Origin: an uncultured archaeon
Lineage (GTDB): Archaea > Aenigmatarchaeota > Aenigmatarchaeia > CG10238-14
Length of the DNA stretch: 49,660 nucleotides
Direction: 5' to 3'
NCBI GenBank assembly: GCA_964392445.1
Contig: CAYMPD010000006.1
Coordinates: 1-49,660 of the forward strand
Shown here: one piece after another, positions 28,308 to 36,163 of the stretch
Layout of the letters: every line of letters starts with the position of its first letter
Numbering within the stretch: position 1 is the first letter of the stretch
Made by a program: the position numbers and the translations under genes
Notes under the pieces: generated by a model
Database searches by the model: none
Seen by the model: only the letters and a program-made list of their open reading frames with translations
Told to the model about the DNA's origin: nothing

Positions 28308-29576
28308 ATGAAGGTTTTCGCTGATTTGCATATACATTCCAAATACGCAAGAGCTACAAGCGATAAGATGGATCTTGAAAATCTTGCTAAGTATGGTGAA
28401 ACCAAAGGACTGGATATAATAGGGACAGGAGATTTCTCACAGCCTGAATGGTTCAATGAAATCAAAAATAAATTAAACCCCATATCAGATTCTGGACTCT
28501 ACGAATACAAAAAAATGAAATTCATGCTTACAACTGAAATCAATACAATTTATCGACAAGAAAATCAAACAAGAAAAGTTCATCACGTTATCTTCGTCTC
28601 TTCAATCGAAATCGTGGAGCAAATCAATGAAATTTTCAAAAAAATGGGAGGGGATTTGGGAACTGATGGAAGACTAATGCTAAGCAAGTCAAGTCCAGAG
28701 GTTGTTGAGAAGTTAATTAACATTTCTAAGGATATACTTATTGTTCCAGCCCACATTTGGACTCCATGGTTCGGTTGCTTAGGAAGTAAGTCGGGTTTTG
28801 ATTCAATAGAAGATTGTTATCAGGATCAAACTAAAAACATATACGCTTTGGAGACTGGGTTGTCAAGTGATCCAGCCATGAACTGGAGGTTGTCAAGTTT
28901 AGATAAATTCTCACTTGTTAGCAATTCTGACAGTCACTCACCTTGGCCGTGGCGTTTGGGAAGGGAATGTAATGTATTCGAACTAACCAAAATTTCCTAC
29001 TATGAGATTATTTCAGCAATTAAGGAGAGGGACAGTAAAAAGTTCCTTTTCACGATAGAAGTCGACCCAGCCTACGGAAAGTACCACTGGACTGGTCATA
29101 GGAAATGTGGCGTTCAGATGTCTCCTAAACAAGCAATAAGGAGGAACAATCTATGTCCCAAGTGTGGAAGGAAGCTTACAGTGGGTGTAGAACAGAGAGT
29201 GGAACAATTAGCCGACAGAGAAGAAGGATTCAAACCTAAGAATGCTATACCCTTTAAGAAATTAATTCCTCTTTCTGAACTAATAAAAATAGTCACCGGG
29301 ATAAAGTCCTTTTACGCCAAAACTATATGGGAGGAATATTATAAATTGGTAAATGAATTTGAGAATGAATTCAAGGTACTTTTGGATGTGGATAGAAAAG
29401 ATTTGGAAAAGATTACCAATAAAAAATTAGCTGATTTAATTATTTTAAACAGACAACAAAAGATAGATATAGATCCGGGTTATGATGGTGTTTATGGCAA
29501 ACCTATTTCCGGGGATGGAAAGAAAGATACAAAAGGAATAAAAGAAAAACAGAAGGGTTTAAAAGATTTCAGTTAG
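28308..29576 (+). CDS. Endonuclease Q family (PHP domain plus zinc finger)
   Basis: ADLHIHSKYARATS, GTGDF, PAHIWTPWF, ETGLSSDPAMNW, SNSDSHS, GKYHWTGHRKC, CPKCG...GVEQRV. Confidence 0.88.
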   Translation: MKVFADLHIHSKYARATSDKMDLENLAKYGETKGLDIIGTGDFSQPEWFNEIKNKLNPISDSGLYEYKKMKFMLTTEINTIYRQENQTRKVHHVIFVSSIEIVEQINEIFKKMGGDLGTDGRLMLSKSSPEVVEKLINISKDILIVPAHIWTPWFGCLGSKSGFDSIEDCYQDQTKNIYALETGLSSDPAMNWRLSSLDKFSLVSNSDSHSPWPWRLGRECNVFELTKISYYEIISAIKERDSKKFLFTIEVDPAYGKYHWTGHRKCGVQMSPKQAIRRNNLCPKCGRKLTVGVEQRVEQLADREEGFKPKNAIPFKKLIPLSELIKIVTGIKSFYAKTIWEEYYKLVNEFENEFKVLLDVDRKDLEKITNKKLADLIILNRQQKIDIDPGYDGVYGKPISGDGKKDTKGIKEKQKGLKDFS

Positions 29577-29650
29577 GGTTCGTGGTCTAACCTGGTTAGG
29601 ACGTTGCCTTCACATGGCAAAGATCGTCGGTTCAAATCCGGCCGAACCCA
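29576..29650 (+). tRNA. tRNA-Val(CAC), intronless, CCA not encoded
   Basis: Acceptor GGGTTCG/CGAACCC plus A73; anticodon arm TTGCC-TTCACAT-GGCAA; T arm GTCGG-TTCAAAT-CCGGC. Confidence 0.92.
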
Positions 29651-29657
29651 TAGAAAA

Positions 29658-30482
29658 TCATTTCCCTGTATCGTGGTAATAGATATCGGAATTTGCACTC
29701 ACATAATAGTCATAATTTATTTCGACTAAAATATCCGTTGGTACCTCATCACTCCCTGCTTTGTCAATGGTACAATAAGTTTCAAACTGATTGTTAATCA
29801 ATTCCACATCTCCACTTTCTTCACAGTTAAGATTATTTGGTCTGAGACTTACTCTATTATTTTGAAGATGTCCCTTTCCGTTATTTTTAATTGTTAATTT
29901 AACTTCTGGGAATTCGATAAACTCAACTGTTTCTATATCAATGTTGACTGGCCCTAAGGAACTTTTTTCCACTGTAAGTCCCCTCCCAGATAAAGTTTCA
30001 TCTATAAGCGCTTGGTCACCACTATCCACAACTCTATCATATTCACTTTGACTTAACCAGGAGAAAACACCTCTGAATACTGTACCGTAATCAAACTCAT
30101 ATCTAACTTCAACAGGGTAAGTTATGTCGAATTCATATCCTGAAGTACCGGGTGATGTAACTTTCCATCTTTTCATTACTTCTTGACCTGGTTTAATAGA
30201 AAAACTATGTTGACGATTTGAGGGATCATTAAATTGCCAATCACTACCTAATCCAATTAGTCTAGCAGTACCTCCATCTACAATTGCACCACCGTCGTTT
30301 CTAAAAACAGCAGTTAAAGTAACAGGTCTGCCATTTCTAACAGGCTGACCTTGAGTACCAATAGTCACAGGACCAAAGTTTGAAATCGTTATAGAAGGTG
30401 CTCCACCTCCCCCACCTCCAACAGTACATCCAGAAATTACAACCACACCTAAAACCAAAAGAACCATTAACAATTTTTTCAT
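29658..30482 (-). CDS. Secreted lipoprotein (lipobox ISG/C) with beta-rich surface domain
   Basis: MKKLLMVLLVLGVVVISGC followed by a poly-Gly linker; SD GGAGGT. Confidence 0.7.
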   Translation of the reverse strand: MKKLLMVLLVLGVVVISGCTVGGGGGGAPSITISNFGPVTIGTQGQPVRNGRPVTLTAVFRNDGGAIVDGGTARLIGLGSDWQFNDPSNRQHSFSIKPGQEVMKRWKVTSPGTSGYEFDITYPVEVRYEFDYGTVFRGVFSWLSQSEYDRVVDSGDQALIDETLSGRGLTVEKSSLGPVNIDIETVEFIEFPEVKLTIKNNGKGHLQNNRVSLRPNNLNCEESGDVELINNQFETYCTIDKAGSDEVPTDILVEINYDYYVSANSDIYYHDTGK

Positions 30483-30543
30483 TTAACCTCCCTCTACAAT
30501 TATTATTGATATATATCTATTTTAATTTTCCCTCTTTTTAAGT

Positions 30544-31206
30544 TTAGTACGGGACCAGTTTAGTATTAGTTTTGCCAATTATTAAACTCATTAAAAGACT
30601 CTCAGTGAGTAAAGAAATAAAAAATAAGGTCGCAGTATCAATCCAAAATCTTTTTGGGTATAGTTGTATTAATGTGTCTTGAGGACTAAAAGTCCAGAAA
30701 CCTTGAGGGAATAATATTTCATGAAATTTAAGGAAAAGGAAATCAAAATTAAGGAAAATTAGTACCAGGATCAAAAGTACAGTCCCAGAAGTAATTAGAA
30801 AATCAAGAAAAATGTAGTGAACTAATTGATAGTTCTCTCCACCCGTCAAAGTAAATAAAAATACTGAGATAGCAAACAACACCAAACTTATTCCTCTAAT
30901 TAAATTCAGTTTTTTAGTTAGAACCCTAACATCATTCAAGTGCCGAATTTCTCTTTGTGCGAATAATCCAGAGTTTTCCAAATTAGAAACATCATCCATA
31001 TTTTTGACATATCTCAGAACGTTTTCACTCAATTCCAGTCTTTCTTCATCTGAAAATATAGTAGATTCAGGAAAATTTTCTTTTGAATACTCCCATTTTA
31101 GGTAGATGGGGTTGAGGAATAGTAATGTGTTACAAGAAAACATAATTATAGGAATTACTAGGATGATTATCGCTCCCAGAATTTTTGTTATCACCCTCGT
31201 TTCCAT
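30544..31206 (-). CDS. DUF1461/TIGR01906 membrane protein (Lit lipoprotein intramolecular transacylase-like)
   Basis: 4 TM helices; EIRHLNDVR, FLKFHEILF, W.F...D.LIQLYP..FW match the family pattern including both His residues. Confidence 0.75.
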   Translation of the reverse strand: METRVITKILGAIIILVIPIIMFSCNTLLFLNPIYLKWEYSKENFPESTIFSDEERLELSENVLRYVKNMDDVSNLENSGLFAQREIRHLNDVRVLTKKLNLIRGISLVLFAISVFLFTLTGGENYQLVHYIFLDFLITSGTVLLILVLIFLNFDFLFLKFHEILFPQGFWTFSPQDTLIQLYPKRFWIDTATLFFISLLTESLLMSLIIGKTNTKLVPY

Positions 31207-31242
31207 AAACTAGTTTATATTTTCTCAAGTAATAATTATTTC

Positions 31243-32019
31243 ATGTCTTTAACAGACTTCTTTCAAAAGTACTTTATCCAGCCAATCAATCTTGGTACAG
31301 GCTATAATCCCATTAACACCTTTGCTTATGCTTTACTCTTCGTAGTTGTCACTTACTTAGTCTATGAATTCCTAAAAAAACTTAAGATAAAACCAGATCA
31401 AGCATTCGTGTTGGCAATAATACCTTGGGTGATATTCGGGATTTTTTTAAGGGTTATGGAAGATTCGGGTTTGATAAAAAGTAAGCTCTTTGTCACACCA
31501 AACATATGGTTATTATTCACTTTTTTGATAGCTTTGGGTTTATTCTTTTCAAAGTTTATAGAGAAGAAATATAAGATACCCTACTTTAAGTTCATTTTTA
31601 TTTCGGGACTAATGGGTGTTGGGATATTAATACCTTTTTTGAAGATTAGAAACTTTGAAGGATTTTTGTACACGTTTTTATGGTTTATACCGTGGCTGAT
31701 ACTCTCGAGAGTTATTCGATGGTCAAAGGAAAACAAGTTTGTGACATCGGCTCAGTTGTTTGACGCTACTGCAACTTTTGTCTCACTTCAATATTTTGGG
31801 TATTTTGAGCAGCATGTTTTACCTAGATTTATTATTGAATTAACTGGAATACCGTTTTCTTTTGTTATTGTTAAACTTATTGTAGTTGTGGTTATTCTGA
31901 AAACTCTGGACAAATATTCGGATGATAAAGAATTTGCTAGTTACTTGAAGATTGTTATAGGACTTCTTGGTTTTATTACTGGGTTTAGGGATTTGTTAAG
32001 GTTGGTTATGTTTGTTTAG
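31243..32019 (+). CDS. DUF63 family membrane protein
   Basis: GYNPINT..YA, LRVMEDSG, QLFDATATF, YFEQHVLPR, LGFITGFRDLLR. Confidence 0.75.
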   Translation: MSLTDFFQKYFIQPINLGTGYNPINTFAYALLFVVVTYLVYEFLKKLKIKPDQAFVLAIIPWVIFGIFLRVMEDSGLIKSKLFVTPNIWLLFTFLIALGLFFSKFIEKKYKIPYFKFIFISGLMGVGILIPFLKIRNFEGFLYTFLWFIPWLILSRVIRWSKENKFVTSAQLFDATATFVSLQYFGYFEQHVLPRFIIELTGIPFSFVIVKLIVVVVILKTLDKYSDDKEFASYLKIVIGLLGFITGFRDLLRLVMFV

Positions 32020-32023
32020 ATAA

Positions 32024-32230
32024 GTGATTGTTAAACTGGTAGTTGATTTTATGATAGATAAGAAAGAATTTGGAAATGATTTAACAGAGCTCAAATGTCC
32101 GTGCGGTGGGATAATGAAACAGGTTAAAGTAAGACTTTATGGGCATTCAGTTAGGGGTTGGAAGTGTAAAAAATGTGGAGAATTAACAGTGGATTCCATG
32201 GAATCTGATAGAGTTAGACAGCAGAAATAA
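32024..32230 (+). CDS. Small zinc-ribbon protein (CPC...CKKC)
   Basis: KCPCGG.M and GWKCKKCGE; alternative ATG at 32051. Confidence 0.55.
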   Translation: MIVKLVVDFMIDKKEFGNDLTELKCPCGGIMKQVKVRLYGHSVRGWKCKKCGELTVDSMESDRVRQQK

Positions 32231-32236
32231 TAACCA

Positions 32237-33355
32237 TCACTTAGCATTAATCTCAACATTACTTATAACAAAATTACCGTCAGTAGCCTCAAAAGTAACA
32301 GTATTCTTTCCCCTATCCACATAATCCTTGTTAAAACTAACAGTCTTTGTCTCACCGACAGAATAGGATTGAAATGCTTCAGTTGGATGTTTATGTCCAG
32401 CGGTATCAGTTATTGTAACTAGAAGGTTACCTTGATAATCAGCATCTGTAATACGAAAACTAACTTCTCCCTCCAAATTATCATTCCAAGAATTACCAAC
32501 AGTAAAGTCAAATGATCTGGATTTTGTTGCTTTCTCCTCTCTTATTATCGTCAAAACAGCATCAGTAATATCATAAGTAGATCCACTCTCGGCTTTAAAA
32601 GATATTGAATTAAGTCCATGAGTTAAACCAACATCATATTGGTCAAAAGACTGGTAAAAATTAAGACTGGGCTGTCCTTTGTAAATTCTATGACCGTTAA
32701 TTGAGATAATTAAATCCCCATCTCCCGATTGCTCTTTGAGACGGAATGAAATTTCTCCATTCCTAAATCTACTCAACTCCTCAGGATAAACATGAAATTC
32801 CTCCACTTTTTGCAAATTTCCATAAAAATTAACTCCAAATTCAATCTTATCCAATTCATAATAAGGTTTAGAAAACAAATTCCAACCAGAGCTAGAAGTC
32901 TTTACCTCAATCACATTATAATCTTTTAAAAATCCTTTGTCTACTGGTATCTCAACCTTTCCAACAGTAGTCTCTTGATTAAAAACCTCGTTACCATTCA
33001 AAATAACAACCAATTCTCCCTTCTGATTAGTTTCTCTAACATAAACTGTCATAAATCCCCCAGTAACCATAGACATGTCTTGATCCAAAGTGACAGTCAT
33101 TGAAAAGTCATCTTTACCCTTCACCTCAATATCATTTTTTGTTTCAATGACTTCAGAACCGACAGCATAACTAACTTTAAAATCACCAATTGATTCTTGT
33201 CTGGGGACGTCTTTTGGAAACATTCCAATTGAGAACGGGTTTTCTATCAGCACTTCAGTCCCGTTAACCCCATTTTCACCTGGTTCCCCCCAAGCTACGA
33301 GTAGAATACCAATCATAAGTAGCCCTGCTAACAGAACAAATATAAATTCATCCAT
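32237..33355 (-). CDS. Membrane-anchored, beta-rich surface protein
   Basis: N-terminal hydrophobic anchor MDEFIFVLLAGLLMIGILLVAWG with SD GGTG; remainder polar and beta-strand-like. Confidence 0.6.
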   Translation of the reverse strand: MDEFIFVLLAGLLMIGILLVAWGEPGENGVNGTEVLIENPFSIGMFPKDVPRQESIGDFKVSYAVGSEVIETKNDIEVKGKDDFSMTVTLDQDMSMVTGGFMTVYVRETNQKGELVVILNGNEVFNQETTVGKVEIPVDKGFLKDYNVIEVKTSSSGWNLFSKPYYELDKIEFGVNFYGNLQKVEEFHVYPEELSRFRNGEISFRLKEQSGDGDLIISINGHRIYKGQPSLNFYQSFDQYDVGLTHGLNSISFKAESGSTYDITDAVLTIIREEKATKSRSFDFTVGNSWNDNLEGEVSFRITDADYQGNLLVTITDTAGHKHPTEAFQSYSVGETKTVSFNKDYVDRGKNTVTFEATDGNFVISNVEINAK

Positions 33356-33402
33356 GATTACACCTAAAAACACTTTTGTTTTTGAACTAATTATATTTTA
33401 TC

Positions 33403-34437
33403 ATGAGAATAATTAAATCTGAGTTAAAAAGAGGAGTTCTTGTTTTGAAAATAGAGGTAGAAGAGGATTTGTGGCATTTGAAGGGAATAGTTGAGCCAGG
33501 AGACCGGATCAAATCCAGAACAATGAGAAGTGAATTCATAGAAAGAGGCGGGAAAAAAATAAAAACAGGCAAAAGGCCAATGATGTTAACAATAGATCTG
33601 GAGAAGGTTGAGTTCAAGGATTATGCTTACAAAATCAGATTGCTGGGTAAAATTATTGAAGGACCAGATGATGTTCCTTTAGGTTCTTATCACACTATTG
33701 AAATTGGAGTGAGAGATATACTAACAATAACTAAAGAAAAATGGAAAAAATATCAATTGGAAAAAATAAAAAAATCCCAAAAGAGAGTGCCAAAAGTGTT
33801 TCTTTCAGTAGTCGACAATAGAGAGGCGACCTTTGCTGTTTTGGGCGGAACAGGTTTAAAAATAGTTTCTCAGTTAAACAATCCTTATTCTATTCAACAC
33901 GAAGAAGAAAAAACACCTGAATTCTACAAATCTGTTGCTAAGGAAATAAATAAACTATCCCAAAACACCAAAAAAATAGTTCTTGCAGGACCAGGATTTG
34001 CAAAAGAACATATCAAAAAAATAATAGATGAAAAATACCCAGAAATAAGCCAAAAACTCATCTTAGATTCTACATCCTCAGCAACCGAATCTGGTATAAA
34101 CGAAATTTTGAAAAGGGGAAATTTAGAAAAAATAATCCGAGAGAGTGAAATACTAAGAGAGACCAGATTGATAGAAGAGTTCTTTTCACATCTAAAAAAA
34201 GAAGACAAACTCGGAGTTTATGGTTTAGATGAAGTTAAAAAAGCGGATGAAATAGGTGCGATAGAAACGGTTCTTATCTCTGACAAAAAAATCAGGGAAA
34301 AAGGAATGGAAAAATTGCTGAAATCAATTGAAGACAAAGGAGGGAAAGTCGAAGTTATATCAACCACACATGAATCAGGAGAGCAATTTCATCGAATGGG
34401 GGGATTGGGGGCACTATTGAGATTTAAATTGTACTAA
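33403..34437 (+). CDS. pelA: mRNA surveillance protein Pelota (aDom34)
   Basis: EDLWHL..I...D, RPMMLTI..EKVEF, GSYHTI, LAGPGFAK, GGLGALLRF. Confidence 0.93.
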   Translation: MRIIKSELKRGVLVLKIEVEEDLWHLKGIVEPGDRIKSRTMRSEFIERGGKKIKTGKRPMMLTIDLEKVEFKDYAYKIRLLGKIIEGPDDVPLGSYHTIEIGVRDILTITKEKWKKYQLEKIKKSQKRVPKVFLSVVDNREATFAVLGGTGLKIVSQLNNPYSIQHEEEKTPEFYKSVAKEINKLSQNTKKIVLAGPGFAKEHIKKIIDEKYPEISQKLILDSTSSATESGINEILKRGNLEKIIRESEILRETRLIEEFFSHLKKEDKLGVYGLDEVKKADEIGAIETVLISDKKIREKGMEKLLKSIEDKGGKVEVISTTHESGEQFHRMGGLGALLRFKLY

Positions 34438-34461
34438 AAGAATTAATTATTTGGTGAGAAC

Positions 34462-35049
34462 TTGAACAAAATCCTTGTCAGAAAAAGAGGAGGCTATCTC
34501 GAGAATTTTGATATTGATAAAATTAAATCCTCACTCCTAAAAGCTGGTTGCATTCAAATTGAAGCGGAAAAGATTGCTAAAAATATAAAAAAATGGGCAG
34601 AGAAACAACCTGGAAAACTGGTAAGATCTATAGAAATAGAGAGAAAAGTTATTGAACACACGAAAAATGAACATAAAGATACATTAATATCTTTCCTTGC
34701 CCACGGTAAAAATAAAATAGGGACTGTGAATAGAATATTTGACCGTAAAGATATTGCCCAGATGCTAACCTCACTTTTTGTGATAATTCAAGTTTATGTT
34801 TTGGATCCTGTTAGCTTATCATTTCAAGACTCTATCCCAGTTCTCTTCACTAGTATGGGCACTTGTTTGGTAATATTATGGTTGATGGAAAGAGATGAAA
34901 TTTGGAAACATTTTGTTTTTGGTTTAGTTTTGGTCTCACTTCTATCGACGATTGTAGGTTTGATTTTGAATGTAGACCTTCCTAATATTTTAACAGCAAT
35001 TTCTGTTGGTTTGCCGGTTGCTGCGATGGTTAATATGTTGAGGGACTAA
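34462..35049 (+). CDS. ATP-cone domain fused to a 3-4 TM membrane domain
   Basis: ILVRKRGGYLENFDIDKIKSSLLKAG...SIEIERKV resembles an ATP-cone; hydrophobic C-terminal half. Confidence 0.65.
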   Translation: MNKILVRKRGGYLENFDIDKIKSSLLKAGCIQIEAEKIAKNIKKWAEKQPGKLVRSIEIERKVIEHTKNEHKDTLISFLAHGKNKIGTVNRIFDRKDIAQMLTSLFVIIQVYVLDPVSLSFQDSIPVLFTSMGTCLVILWLMERDEIWKHFVFGLVLVSLLSTIVGLILNVDLPNILTAISVGLPVAAMVNMLRD

Positions 35050-35058
35050 GGAGTTATC
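35044..35058. repeat. 15-bp direct repeat GACTAAGGAGTTATC, copy 1
   Basis: Identical to 35364-35378. Confidence 0.9.
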
Positions 35059-35089
35059 AATTTATACTTGGAATTAGTTATTTTATCTT

Positions 35090-35161
35090 ATGGTTGAACC
35101 TCTTTTAGTGATAGGATTGGTATTATTAGTTATCTTTCTAGTAGTATTGTTTACGAGATGA
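35090..35161 (+). CDS. 23-aa single-TM peptide (MVEPLLVIGLVLLVIFLVVLFTR)
   Basis: TATA-like TTTATAC at 35061-35067; ATGA overlap with the next ORF. Confidence 0.35.
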   Translation: MVEPLLVIGLVLLVIFLVVLFTR

Positions 35162-35364
35162 TTATGAGTTCGAGAAATGGATTTCTTTTAAAATATGTTA
35201 CTTTAGTTTTTTACTTTATCAATTTATTCACTTTGCTAAAACCGCTTATGGAAAAGTATGTAAATTGGTGGTATTTTTTTCTTGGTGTTGGGTGTACATT
35301 TCTTTTAAGGGAACTTTACAGTGATTTTATTAAAAATGTTTATGTGAGGAATAAACCCGAATAG
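35158..35364 (+). CDS. Small membrane protein inside the 320-bp insertion
   Basis: 68 aa with two hydrophobic segments; no recognisable family. Confidence 0.4.
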   Translation: MIMSSRNGFLLKYVTLVFYFINLFTLLKPLMEKYVNWWYFFLGVGCTFLLRELYSDFIKNVYVRNKPE

Positions 35365-35378
35365 ACTAAGGAGTTATC
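35364..35378. repeat. 15-bp direct repeat GACTAAGGAGTTATC, copy 2 (contains the endA stop codon)
   Basis: Identical to 35044-35058. Confidence 0.9.
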
Positions 35379-35908
35379 CTCTTAATAGAATAATAAGTCA
35401 CATCACTTTCAGAATCTACAACTGCCCATATCATCTCAGTTCGGATGTTTTGTGCTAATCTGACCGCACGAGAAAGTTCAGGAAAAGAACAAGTGAATTC
35501 TTCTGGGATTGCATGTACGACCCATTTGGTGTGCTCATGTGCGGCTTTAGGTCCCTTCTTGATTTTTACCCCCCTAGCATAAACCCTGAAGTCGCACCCA
35601 AATTTAAATCCAGTCTTAACCACAAACCCTCTTTCTCTGAGATCTGTGTACACAATCAATCTCGCATGAAAATTATGTTCGTTCTTTTTACAATATCTGA
35701 GAAAATCTTCTTTTGTCATTTTTTTCTTATTTTTCAGAACTTCTATTTTTTCTCTGCTCATAAGATATATTGCTTCCACTAAAGCCAATTCCCATCTGTC
35801 ATCTACCCATTTTCCATAACCAGATTCTATCATTTCAGTTATTTCTTTTGATTCTTCGAATATTGTTACTCTTTGTTCGACTAATTCTCCTGATAGCATG
35901 TCATTCAC
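35366..35908 (-). CDS. endA: tRNA-splicing endonuclease EndA (single unit, about 180 aa)
   Basis: LALVEAIYL, VYTDLRERGFVVKTGFKFGCDFRVY, EH, AVVDSESDVTYY. Alternative ATG at 35899. Confidence 0.9.
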   Translation of the reverse strand: MNDMLSGELVEQRVTIFEESKEITEMIESGYGKWVDDRWELALVEAIYLMSREKIEVLKNKKKMTKEDFLRYCKKNEHNFHARLIVYTDLRERGFVVKTGFKFGCDFRVYARGVKIKKGPKAAHEHTKWVVHAIPEEFTCSFPELSRAVRLAQNIRTEMIWAVVDSESDVTYYSIKRITP

Positions 35909-35997
35909 TTATCCTTTGAAGATATTTAAAGATTTTGTGTTTTGGGCATAAATTTGTCTTTGGAGAGGATTTTTCCCAGATATAAGAAATGGAAGAA

Positions 35998-36125
35998 TGG
36001 GACAGCGGAGATTTGAACTCCGGACATTCCGCGACAAGGGCTTTCACCCACCATCTCCACGGTCTTCAGCCGTTTAAGCTATGTTTTTAAGACATATGTG
36101 CTCTCCCAGGCTGAGCTACTGTCCC
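35998..36125 (-). tRNA. tRNA-Phe(GAA) with two non-canonical introns (27/28, 24 nt, 36074-36097; 44/45, 30 nt, 36027-36056)
   Basis: Removing both introns gives a 74-nt cloverleaf: GGGACAG/CTGTCCC and CACGG-CTGAAGA-CCGTG. Both junctions form bulge-helix-bulge cores. Confidence 0.9.
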
Positions 36126-36163
36126 TCAATATTTACTTTATTTTACCCAATTAAATTCTTAAA

